DNA of 64,000 bases from Trichoplax adhaerens. Taxonomy: Eukaryota; Animalia; Placozoa. The notes below the pieces were generated by a model. It did not search any database. It was not told where the DNA came from and saw only the letters and a program-made list of their open reading frames with translations. The position numbers and the translations under genes are program-made. Shown here one piece after another: positions 28,387 through 40,991 of the stretch (its first letter is position 1; each line of letters begins with the position of its first letter). Location: the NCBI RefSeq assembly GCF_000150275.1, contig NW_002060949.1, positions 5,141,006 to 5,205,005 of the forward strand, in the 5' to 3' direction.

Positions 28387-29873
28387 TGTCTTTGAATTGT
28401 GAAGAAATGTAGTTTAAATTTGGCTCTAATTCCAAGCAGATAGATCAATACAACTTTGAGCCATTGGCTCTTGATATTTTGATTACTTTTTATCGCAGTA
28501 TTGCATAATTGTGTTTCTTTCAAGTTTCTAATACAAACGATAAGTCGCTGTTGCATATTCGGTCGCTCCAGCCATTTTACAAGTCACGTCGTAATACCGG
28601 TCTGTATTGTACTGTATATCCTGTAAAGCAAAAAGATCGAAAGCAAACAGCATGATGGGGAGACAGACGGACAATAGCTTGAAGTTTTAAATTTGCCTTT
28701 ACGGTAGTGTTTCATGTCGGAAAGTTTATTTATTATTATTAATAAAAGGCCACTAACTATCGTCTATCCAGGCATTAGACCAGAGTCACCAGACCATAAA
28801 CATTTCTAGTACTGTCTAGTTAGTACACACTCTACAGTATGTACTGTAGAGTATACCAGTGAGATTATTATTCCACTCACCGGTGATGATAATGGTAACT
28901 TTGGCGCAAAAGCCGTGTTCAAAATGACAACATTGATGATACACACGGATGTACTACTGTCCTTGCTGCCTCGTATATAGTAAAGTATGTCGGCAAGTTC
29001 ATAAGTGCACACTGTACACCATTGCTGTCCAAATGAACTGCTAGGTTGGTTGGTTTACCGTCTGTAGGATAAGGTTTAGGATCCACTGATGAAGAAGATG
29101 ATCATGCTTCTACTTCTTATTCGACTAACTAGTGACTACAGCAGTATTAGAACGCTAGACAGCGACGACCAAGATGGGTTCAGGCAGATGCCCATTGTCT
29201 TGTTTTCACTATCAAGTGGAAGCGCGTCATCACGTGATAGTATGGAAATTTGGAAGCGGGAAAGCAGTAGTAGATCGCTTGATTACAGTACAATGTACTT
29301 TGAAAGAAACGGTATTTCCACAACGTGATCTTTTTCGTTCCAAAATACTCTAGTATTGATCAAATCATGTAAAAAGTAATTCAAACGATAGTGTATTAGT
29401 TGAACATTTCCAATGCGTAGTTGAATTTCTGTTTTATATAGCACCTACGAAATAAGAACTAAACAAAGGCAAAGTTGGCTACAGTACAAGGTCAACTTGT
29501 GGAGTGTACAGACTGTAGCACCTACAGTACAGTTAATTGTACAGTATGCCTTCAACATCATGAACTGCTACAGTGGACTCTAGGCTTCAGACTGACAGTA
29601 CTCCAGGTCGAACGACTGCTGGTTGCTCGAGCGTCACCCCCTGTCAACCCTGTGGCGTTTGCAAGAAAACGCCACAGTTGGAAGTTTTGCCTGAGAAGGA
29701 GAAGAAGGCGCAAAAAGCAAATCCAAAACGTCGGGGAGCTAAATTATCGCATTGATTTAAGCCAATATCGATTGGAGACATCAAGTCTTGTAGTTTCTAA
29801 TTGAATCTATACGATTCCTATCGACGAGTGTATCGATATACTGAAGAGAATAGAGAGGAAAGTACTGTAAATC

Positions 29874-32800
29874 ATGTTTTATGCTCATTTAATCTTATCT
29901 AAGAAAGGCCCTTTGGCCAAGGTATGGTTAGCTGCTCATTGGGATAAGAAGTTAACCAAAGCTCAAATTTACGAAGCGGATGTCAAATCATCTGTAGATA
30001 GTATTAAATCACCTCAAGTCAAGATGGCACTCAGAACAAGTGGTCATCTCTTGCTAGGTGTAGTACGTATCTATTCACGCAAAGCCAAGTACTTATTGAC
30101 CGATTGTAGCGATGCATTTGTCAAGATTAAAATGGCCTTTAGGCCAGGTGTTAACGTCGATTTACCAAAGGATAGTGAAGAAGCAGCTGCCAACGCTGTG
30201 ACCTTACCTGAAGTTTTCCATGATTTCAACCTTTTAGATGGCAATCAAAGGTACAACAGTTCATCTTTAATCGGATAACACGAATAGCTACAACGGATAA
30301 GAATAAACTTAAAATTAGGCTAGACTCGATTTAAAAAAAAAAAATGGATGCAATCAGTCAACTTTTCTCCAAATGTTGAAAATATCCCCACTACACATTA
30401 CAACTGCCATTTTCTGTTGAAAATACTCAATACAGTATGAAGAAAATCTCACCCTATTCTTACCATATTCAATCATTTTGTAGTTTGAAAATAAATCGAA
30501 TTTAATCTACAATTGCCACTAGATAACATACTTACGACATCATCATCATTTTTATCAATCCATGTCGACTGATACAGTACTGGAGGAATTACAGATAGAT
30601 AGATAAAATGGTCGTGTTATTCGACACACCATTTCAATTCACTGACTAAATTCAATTTCTAACATGAAGCAATCTACTGTACGATAGTTTCACCTTTGGT
30701 TTCTATTGATTTGATACTAGTCGACGTTATTGTAGATATTTCCATTGCTATGATTTCAGTCTTTGACGGCCAATAGCGAGATTGCCTTGTTGTAACTTTT
30801 CACGCGGATAACTACTGTATTCTGTAATCAAGGGAAACAAATTGTAAATATTAGTTAGATATGTTAACTTATATGAATCGATTAATTAATCATGTATCAA
30901 TGAATGAGTTTGTTAGACGAGGAATTTCAATGTTGTACAAAGTAGATGCACTTTAATTAATGCGATATTGATCTCGTTGAGTGATGAAATATTTTCCACA
31001 TTGTCATCATTGATACTTAATACTGTAAATGCCAATCATACCTGTGATGCGTGGATCATATTGCCATTGCAGTAACGTACTTGAAATTCCTTTGCTCGTG
31101 CACTCTTTACTGTGTGTACATAGTGTTAATTTATAATCAATTTAACACTGTAAATACTATAATTACTCCAGACGTAATTTTAAACTTACTCTCTATTTTA
31201 CACTTTACTGTAGTGCTTTGTGCTTTTCATCGATATGCTATCCATGGCTAGAGATGGAAAAATCTTTTTTAAGAGTCCAGTTATTGTGTCGCAAATTTTC
31301 AATTACTACACTACTATGCCAATTTTTAGCCATTTCCAATAAATAAGACCCTAAAGAAGATACAAATTACTTTTAATAATATCATAGAACTGTCATGTAT
31401 CGCTGCAATAAGAAGAGGACTTAATGCATACAGTATACCCGTCGATCTGCTCATAATTATAGTATAATGACTGATAATAAGAAATTCAGAAACTAGACAC
31501 GCACGAGTAAACGTAACTGAACTGTAGGATAAAAGTAATTACATACAGTAATTATTACTCCGTGTACATTTCAGTAAACTACGTATATTTAATAGACTCC
31601 GGCTCGATACTGTTAGTCATTGTAAGTTGCTCGTAAATTATACAGTATAGTTGTTTTTTTTACTAATCATGTATCATGGGGTTTACAAATTAAAATCAAA
31701 TTTATTGAAACTTTTTTATTGGAAATTTGTACTTAATCGTGTGTATATATACTGTACACTATGGTGTTGCATATATTTTATATAGGTGTATGCCTCGTAT
31801 CAGTGTATTATGACGAGCAACTCGCACTGTCTGTAGTTGTAGATGTAATGATGGGAGATCCTATATTATTATTTTTAATTATGGTTTATTCCCTAGTTGA
31901 TTAAGTTCGTAATAGTTTAGAAACAACAAATTTCTACGCCTTCACACACTTATGTTCGATGATTCTTACAAGGGAAGCCTTTGCCTGAGTTGACATCTTT
32001 TACTTATTATAATTGCATTGTAGCTTCGATTTAGAAATACAATTACCCAACATTAATCAATCTCGTGCCGAGGAAATCACCATGAAAGATGATTTTGGTC
32101 AAGCTTCAGTAATCTTTGCTGGTGAAGATGGCTTTGGTGAAATGCCTATGGATGATGAACAAGAGAGAGAAATTTTACGTCATGCTGAAGAGGAATCTTC
32201 ATTGTATGACAAAAATCAACCAGTCGGCGTATTAGATGAGAGCAGAAGCCTACAAAGTAAACATTTACTAGATGATAAATCAGTCGGCAAGGATAGTGTT
32301 GGATTAGACAATGAATTCTTGGAAGGTGAAGGCTTTGGTATGGATATAGAAGCTGCTAATTTGTTTGATAATGATGATAATGCATTCGGTGATATTGATG
32401 AGAAACGACTAGAAGAAGAAGAAAAAGATGCATTAGTTACTCCTGTTGATATCACCTTAAATAGCATCGATCAAATGGGCAAGACTGGTATTGCTGATGA
32501 TACAACATTGATACGAAATGATCAGGACCAGTTCGTATTGGAACCTTTGGATATGACACAACAAAAAATTAATAATCGTATTAGACGAAAAAGAAAGTTG
32601 ATCGTAGATACTAAACTGAAGCTATCAAAGAAATTTTTTGAAGATCAATTAAAGGATTCCTCAGATATTGTCCACAACTATCCTATTGAGCCTGCTACTA
32701 AGAAAGCACTACTTTGGAAAGGGACCCTTGATATAAAACGTCTATTTCAATCCCCCATACATGAATGTTACGCCCTGAATTTATCCTTACATCCCAGGAA

Positions 32801-33816
32801 TCACATGGGAGATGATAGGGAGTTGTTACGTGAGCATGACATTTCTATTCCATCTCCTAGAATGGAGGATGACTATGAAAAGATTGGTAAGAATTGATAT
32901 CTTTATGGCTTTTAATTACGGTAGTAACTTGCTAGGGCTTTGTTACGCTGGAGATGCCGTCAATCTTCAAAATTTAAACTAGAAATTGAGCCATTTATCA
33001 GTTAATAATGCAATTGAGTATAGCATAAAATAGCTTATATTCCTGATGATTTATGCTCACTACGCTGAGGTAATATATATCTACAACCTTTGTTATTTAT
33101 TAGTTTTGGATCCGACTGCTAACGAAAATGATGAAACTGCAATAAACGATGAGCAACTTAATTTCGACGAAGGTGACGCGTACATACCTGAAGAAGATGT
33201 TAGCAAAGAGCCTCTGATGGAATCTAAAGTTGATGAAATGCCTGAAGTTGATCTCAATGTCTCATTAGAGCCAGAGTTTACAAGTCAAGACGGCGCGGCA
33301 CTTACTGAAAATCATAGGTATGATCATATTCCTACGAATGACATGTGCTCTTTTATTACATATGGTACGATAAGATTGGTAACGCAACGTGATATGATAT
33401 TACACTTGTTGTTTATTGTTGTATTACTAAATAATGCTTTGCTTAAATAGAACATGCTTATTATAGTAACAGTAACACTATATTGATAAGATCTAAACAC
33501 TGCGATTGGATTATCCTTCAAAATTATTAAACTACTAAAAGTCGTATTAGTACTGTAAGTCAGTGTAAGCTTTATAGTAACAACTATACATATCAATAAT
33601 GACCGTAGGTGGCAACAGCGAAGACAGCGCTTTCTGGAAAGCATAACGAAAATTGAAGCCGAAAATCGTAAAGCAACTTTCTTTGAAATTTGTAAGAAAA
33701 GTAACAAAAAGCAGGCTGCTGTCAAATTTTATACCCTGTTATTACTAGCAAAGCAGAGTGTTGTAAATGTTAAACAATCAGAAATTTACGGTGATATAGC
33801 TATCAATAAGCGATAA
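29874..33816 (+). CDS. RAD21: Cohesin kleisin subunit RAD21/SCC1 (553 aa, 4 exons)
   Basis: Exons 29874-30250, 32024-32886, 33104-33317, 33609-33816. The N-terminus [27 protein letters not shown]...[25 protein letters not shown] is the Rad21/Rec8 N domain. The centre has RRKRKLIVD. The C-terminal winged helix reads [17 protein letters not shown]...QSEIYGDI. Confidence 0.97.
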
Positions 33817-35141
33817 AGTTATTTCTGTTAAATCCGTTCATAGATAATGATTATTTCTATCGGGTCACGATTCTATTGAATATTGTAAAATATTTTAATT
33901 GTAGTTTTTAACGGATAAGAGGTTGTATCATTCGAAAAGGAATGAAGTATTTTCACGTTATATGTATACAACGTACATGTCAGAAATTTATTGCGTTTTA
34001 TTATTTGCATTTTCGACTGTTAACTTTGTATCCGCGATGTAATATAATAATAATAGGTATACTCTAGAATTAAGTTACACTCAGTTGATACTGTATGAAA
34101 GTTGTCAAGATCTTGGTAAATTACCAATTGTTTATTGTATTGGTTGTTAATTGATCCATAAATTGACTTTATAAACTTATAATAGAAAGCTCCAATATTT
34201 CAACTGTAGATCAGATTTCAAGAATTTGTATGTGCTTACTAATGCGGTCTACAGATGTAACAATCCTACTATTTTGAAGCGAATTTTCAAAAAAAGTTAT
34301 TTAGTTCACTACTTTCGGGCCATTCATAGAGGATAATATATTAAATTTAACATTTGACCGTTGCTGTTTTAACGCCGTGCTTTTAATAAAATATATATGA
34401 TAAATTAATTGTGTGTCTATATGGTATATCAGCATGTGATATATTATTAAAAAAGGTCAAAGCTTAAGGCTAGTTTATTGAATATATTTATTCATTAAAA
34501 TAAGTAATCTCGAATAGGCTATCAAAACACTTCAAAAAATATAAATGAATGAAATTATAATACGATATAATGTAAATACAGACATGTATGTATATATAAG
34601 TCTATGACCACTATGTCTTATTAATTCGTTAAGGCAGTAATACTGCATCCTATAGAAAATGTAATCGTTCACAGAAAGTAAAATAGCTAAAGTAATAGCC
34701 TTAAAAATACAGTACCTTAAGACGGAATGTAGAATCTAGATCTCTTGTAGATATACAAGTTCTTTTACAATTTTCATTCTTTTCTATTATATCACAATTC
34801 TATAAATGCAGGGCAGTGCTAGAACATTTACGATAATCACAGTTTGAGAAAGTCTTTTCATAATTAATTAGTTTAGGGGTAAATAAAGTATAGAACCCAG
34901 TTTTAGATCCATGCAACTGTATGTACAAAATGGTATACATTTAAATCTATAATAACAGTTACGCGATTAATTGTCTATGACATCGCGAAAAGCTTCCGAG
35001 AGTATCGTACTGTATATACTTTAAGTATTATTGCGAGGATATGTAACATGAAGACGACTATAATGTTATCATATAGAATACAGTACGACACTAAACGCGT
35101 GTAGAATCGATATACAGGATATTTCGTTGCATTCTGCAACG

Positions 35142-38100
35142 TTAATCTTCGGTGTTTAATTCGTTTTCAGATTTATTGGCTTCATTATCTAGATCTGCCT
35201 CCACACTTAACGTATCAGTCTCTATGGTGTCTGATATTGGCGTATCATCATGGTCGGTGTAGCCATTTTCATTATTTTCTTCAGTTTTAGCGATTTCTCT
35301 TTTAGCAATTTCAGCGTCTTGTTCTGATTTATAATGTTTCTTATAGTACAAAACATGCAATATTGGTACGTCAGATACTTAAGACAGATAAAACACCCAA
35401 CATCTGCTATAATTATTATTAATTTGCTGTAGTTTCGAAAATTATTTATTTACAAATAGACATACTAGCTTTCCTTGCAAAGTTTCCATTAATTGAGGTA
35501 TTTCTGCAGTTGTTGCAGGTGCATGGAGGCTTAGAGACAGAAATTGCTCAAAAACTTCCGTGTGATGATTTAATCTCTGTGCAGTACATTTAAATTAAAG
35601 ATAATGCGTTACCCAAACTTGCCTTTTTATTACGTTATGTACCATACTATAGCTGCATCTATCACTGCAACTTACTTTTGTATTAGCTACTTTTCGATTT
35701 TTTCTTGCCCTTTTTTTATTTGATTTCTTAGTAACAGTCATAAATTCTTCATCATCATCAGATTTTTTGCTAATGAAGACTCCATCTGGATATTCAGAAT
35801 TACTAATTTTATCTTCTTTTGGTCCTGTAGCATGAGTAAAAGTCAATTCATTCATGCCATGGAACGATTTATTGAACAACTTTGTAAATTTCTATTCGAT
35901 AGCCGTAATATAGTACAAAATAGTCGGATAAATAGTCTTACCAGCAGCATCGTTAACATCATCTTGCGAGCGTACATCGACCGAACTACCAGTTCTTTGT
36001 AAATAAGTTATAAGGGAGCTACATGTCGTGATTTCGTTCTCGAACGGTAAAAGAGAATTTTCATACTCCTTACTGAAAAGAAATTATTTACACATCTTTA
36101 TGTACCAAAGAGGTTATCTCTTAAAAATATACTTTAAGCAAAAATAATATTTGTGTCTATTTGATCGATGTTATTCATTTCTATTTAAATATATAGCAAA
36201 TTATATTCCGTGCATACATTGCTAGTTGTCTTGCAAGTTCTCTTTCTTCTTTCCTTTTACTTCGTTCATCTTTACTACGTTTCATCATTTCTCTAGATTG
36301 CTTATTGTACATATTGAGTTCTTTGTAAAAATTTGCGGTTAACTCTCGTTTCTTATTATATAGGTCATCAATTTCTGAAAGAATAAGCCATCTTTAGATG
36401 AGGAATAATAATATAGATAATTTATGACAAGTACAAATCGTTTATTCATTATAGCCAAAAGTAGTAAATGCTATTTCAACTGTTAGTAAATGATGTCAAA
36501 TATAGCTATCATGTAATAGCAAATTTTTAAGAGTACCTTTTCGTAAGCTATCTTTTTCAGCATACTTTTCACGAGCTTTTATTCTCGCATCATCGTTTTG
36601 TATCTTTAAAGATGAGATTGTCTCTTTTATTTTATCTTCTTTTGCTTTTAGCTCAGAGATTTCTTTACTGCACGCCTGAGTTAGATCAATACCATGTTTA
36701 ATTACTGATTTTTAATGATAATATTGAGTCATTATTTTGTTAATAACTCATTAGTTCGATGTACATTGAGTAACCACTGTTCTACCTAAATATTTACAAA
36801 TCACAGTTCGTATGTAGTGACTCTTGTTTAAATCTATCTATCTATCTATCTGAAGCATTGCCTTACTAAATAACAATCACTGTAATGATATTAAAATGTT
36901 ATGGTTTCGATTTTACTTACATCTTTAGCTTGCCTAATCTGTTTCACTTTATCTCGATCCTCATTAAGTGCTTGCTGAGATAAATTATAAGTCCTGTCAA
37001 GTGGTTATAAAATGTGGTAAGTAATCGCTTACAACCTTGTAAAATGATGGTGCAAGTTCAGTAGCAAATATAGTGTATAATGAATGGGCTGACTATATAT
37101 ATATGTATATATATTTATTGGCATAGATCAACTATGATCCAATGCTAATTCAAGAGAGCAGAGCTGATAGGTTCACCGTGATAGAAACTCAATGTATTGT
37201 AAAAAATGAGCAGAACATTAAAACCTACTTTAAAGTCTTTTTGGATCTTTTCATCGCATCAATTGTAGCTACTAAATGCTTTTCTTCCTTCAATGATAGA
37301 CGCTGTACTTGCAATTGAAATTCAAGCTTCCTACAAGGAAAAATAATTAGGCTAACTCTAACCCTTAATGTACATTTATTCGTATAATGTCTACAAGTGT
37401 ATTGTATAAATTTGAACATTGTTAAAATGAAATACAAAGTGATACTAGTCGTTCCGATAGCATAGTGTGTAAAATGCTTGATTTCTGAATCAAGTTAAGA
37501 AGGATTATACTCTATTTTTCGGTTTATAAAGAAATGTCTAACGTTGATTGTTCTGTTATAATTGTTGTCGTCATGTATGCTATATTTTACGTATTATACG
37601 CGCTCCGATACTATTTTCATATTCAAAATTTGATTAATGTGTATTTACTAATGGATTAGTACTGTAGTATTGTATAATTGTGAGGTGTCATGTTACGCTA
37701 CAAAATCCTAGTAAGTACTTGAAAAGGGCAAATCAACAACAAATTCTATTAAAAATCATGTAATATAGCTCTTAATGTATAACCCAAGGCAGACAGGTTA
37801 AATTCATAAGTTGCCCATTTGCAAAGATTAGGCATAGCATTTTAAAATTCTAGAAAGAAAGTACTAACTTGATAGCATCATCAATCGATTCTTGAGATTT
37901 GTAATGATGTAATCCGGCTAACAGCCTTGTAATATTATTATTCTAGGTCAAGGAAAAGAAAGCATAGATCAATCAAGTACCTGAAAATAATTCTTCTTGT
38001 GGATAGATACTAGGCTTAAATTAAGAGTAAGTTATGCAAACATGTTGTTTGTACAATTCTAGGTGTATCATACAGTACTGTACAATGGTGTAAAATAAGA

Positions 38101-39035
38101 AGACCACTGGGTGATTTGTATAATACAGTAGTATATTATGGGGTAGGGTAGTACCAGTCCAGCAGTAATCTACTACCATTATACTGTAGAGTAGGTTACT
38201 TGCGTTATGGCTTGTGCTATCGTTTTGGCTACCATTTGACATACAGCTTGATGATTTCTCGAATAGACTGTAGACAATTAGTAAGAATGCTTTCTTTTGA
38301 TAGCATGGCCTCTAGCACTACAGTCGCTAAGACTTGTAAGCGATACACACAGATTATGAATTGCAGATTATTAATAAGGGTGAATCGACAGTCGTTGTTA
38401 CAACTTGATCGCCATACCTTTTCAGCCACTTGCTTATTAAGGGCTTTCAGCTCTTCATCTGTGCTTCTTCTTCTATCGACGATGTTTTGCTTTTCATTGC
38501 GAATCTCTGCAAGTTCATTAATCAATTTATCCTTCTTTGCAGTAGATTCAGAACTGGTTTGCGGAAGAGGCTTGACGATCGATTTCTATACCCATACAAA
38601 AGGAGAGTTGTTTTATCATTCAAGCCTATCAATTCGATGTTGTCTAAATTAGAAATGTGGTAGCGGCATCAGTACATACAATTCGCTTTTCTTTTTCCTT
38701 AATTTCCTCCTTTAGTAGTTCGATATCGTCATTGAATTTTTTCCGATTAGGTGGTCGTAATTTTCGCATTTTGGAAGCTGTCAATAGAGTTTGGCATTGA
38801 GGATTTATTTGATTATTGATTACCGTATCGATGAATTAATCAGCGTTAATTACTAAACAGCCTAGGGTATGACTTCGATTATGGTATTACCATGCACAAG
38901 ATTGTACCATTTCAACAACATGATGAATTAATCCATCTATCCTGTCCATTTGATTATTATACTGTACAAGATTGAATTGGTTTTTCGTCTGATCGTACCT
39001 GTCTCGTTCGCCTCCATGTCATCATTCTCGGCCAT
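35142..39035 (-). CDS. Bfr1/proton-pump-interactor (PPI1)-family coiled-coil protein (478 aa, 12 exons)
   Basis: Exons 39035-38999, 38777-38680, 38585-38418, 37942-37869, 37330-37229, 36993-36921, 36675-36537, 36374-36218, 36072-35942, 35824-35676, 35576-35466, 35339-35142 splice in frame (1437 nt). Motifs: RPPNRKKFNDDIELLKEEI; YKSQESIDDAIKKLEFQLQVQRLSLKEEKHLVATIDAMKRSKK; PFENEITTCSSLITYL; acidic DDDEEF then basic KKSNKKRARKNRK; FEQFLSLSLHAPATTAEIPQLMETLQGK. The gene model is firm; the family call is by motif recognition only. Confidence 0.8.
36833..36851. repeat. (TCTA)n microsatellite, intronic
   Basis: tctatctatctatctatct. Confidence 0.8.
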
Positions 39036-39627
39036 TTTGTTACTATTGCGGTAAAGTCCGAAAAGTAGGCGTGCAATTGTAGCCAAGAGTGGAAAATAGT
39101 GGATGTATTTTGGCTAGAGTGGAGTATACAAGTGTCCAGTTGACCAATGGATACACTACAAGGTAATGTTGGAGCGCACTTTCCAAATGGCCAGAAAGTG
39201 TGATTGACGAAGCAAATATTGATGCAATGTTGCCTCTTGGCAGACTGCTTGCAGCCAGTCAGTGAATGGATACTCTCTCGAGACCGTGGAGTATAGTACT
39301 GTACTGCTCTTCACGGGCTTGCTGTGTGGTCGTGTCAGCGAGCGAGCTGATACACAAGTTAGACGTCAAGAAGTTGCAGTCGTTTATAAACAGAATGAAT
39401 CAAGTGAGTAGAGTATAGTGTCCGGTACTTGTAGAATGTGTAGTACTGTGCCCTGTAGTCCACATGCTCTGTGCTGTACAGTGAGTGTACACTCAGTCAC
39501 TACGGTACTGTACATTGAGCATGCCTAGTTTTAACTTCTACTTACAGTACCAAGTCGATTTACTACAGTACCAACCTCAACGACGTGTCAGTTTTTCAGT
39601 GGCTAGCTTGTCCGGTCTCTTTCTGTT

Positions 39628-39830
39628 TAGTACTGTACACTGTACAGTACAGTACAGTAGACGACAGACCAGACTAACTTACAGTACAGTATTGTATGTA
39701 TTGTACTGTACACTGTACTGTAGACAAGACTATCAAGACCTCCAAACTTGAATTGGAACTGTACTAATACTGTTCATGACAGTAGTGTACGGACAGTAGT
39801 ATGGACATATTGCTTACTGTACTGTAGTTT
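39628..39830. repeat. TACTG/CAGTA pentamer cluster in the Bfr1-like/RIOK3 divergent region
   Basis: tagtactgtacactgtacagtacagtacagtag...tacagtacagtattgtatgtattgtactgtacactgtactgtag...tactgtactgtag. Confidence 0.85.
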
Positions 39831-40490
39831 TGGAAAGAACGGTTTGCCTTGAAACGTCATTTACCAAAAAATTGACGTTGTACAGTAATTCTGACAACGG
39901 ATCCTTGTAGATCAACTCATTCTCTTTATCGACTGATATAAAATGTGTTATAAGATCGCCCAATTCTTATGCATTCACTTTCACTAAAATCCTACATATG
40001 AGCCCGTCCTCCCTCACACTGTACAGACTGTGTAGTCAATTCGCTGTACTGTACAGTGACAAGACTACAACAGTCCAGTATTGTACACTACTACAGAATA
40101 GCCCGACCCGGCCTAGGACTCGAAGGTGGACACTCCTTTGAACGGACAGGCATTTGGCCAACTCGGGTTAACAAATTGTGTCAAACACTTGGTATGCAGA
40201 CAGTCGATTCTAGATTGACTGATTTTTTCGAAATGAATGAATATTACATTGTACTCCATTGGCTGTTACTAAGCTTTGCTTGCAGCAGTCACTTTAGGTC
40301 ATTCATCTTCTTCAAATTAATACCAGTGATTTACAAAACAGACTGGGAAAATCCATACTGAGTCAGTATTTTTGGACATTTACGGTCTGAAATGGTATGA
40401 AAAGTCCGTCCATCTGCGGATACAGTAGTGTCCACTGTAGACTCTCTTATGAAAGGGTCTCTAGTCTCCACTATCCACTAGTCCACTCAC

Positions 40491-40732
40491 TGTCCAGTGT
40501 CCGGTCCAGTCCAGTCGTAAGAGAGTGAGCGTGCGCAAATGACATTTATTGATATCATGAAATAAATCAATCATGACATCACCGATGATGGATCACTTTT
40601 TGCTGATGCAACAAAATTTGGCAGCTATCTGTCAGTCTGTATCACTGACACTACCCCAGTAACTGAGTACAGTACTGTACTGTAATAATGGTACGCTGAC
40701 TGACGGTCTGGTCCGGTCCGGTCCGGACCAGA
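40491..40732. repeat. GTCCA/GTCCG pentamer runs and perfect palindromes upstream of RIOK3
   Basis: tgtccagtgtccggtccagtccagtc (40491-40516); 16-bp palindrome agtacagtactgtact (40666-40681); inverted repeat tctggtccgg-tccggt-ccggaccaga (40707-40732). Confidence 0.8.
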
Positions 40733-40991
40733 TGATACTGTAAGCTTGGCTTCAAAGAAATTTCTGCCCAGTCAACACTTTTTCAATGAATGTAGACGAC
40801 GATGGGCTCTTTGGACGACAGTGTTATGACTGTACGCTTGTCTACTGTATGATACACAGTAATGAGGAATGATCGCTTTGCTAGCCTTTGCTACTCTCTA
40901 TAAGTACTCTTAGTATGCAAGACCAAAGGGCATTTCCTAAACTTTCTGGTCTCTCTTACTATCCTTTGCCGAGTGGAGAATAATTTGACCA

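Noticed and set aside
29475-29804. ORFs of 109 aa and 60 aa upstream of RAD21
   Set aside because: Non-ATG starts and no homology; most likely RAD21 promoter and 5' UTR sequence.
32216-33725. Antisense ORFs over RAD21 (likewise 38200-38652 and 62201-62671 over other genes)
   Set aside because: Shadow frames of real coding exons on the opposite strand.
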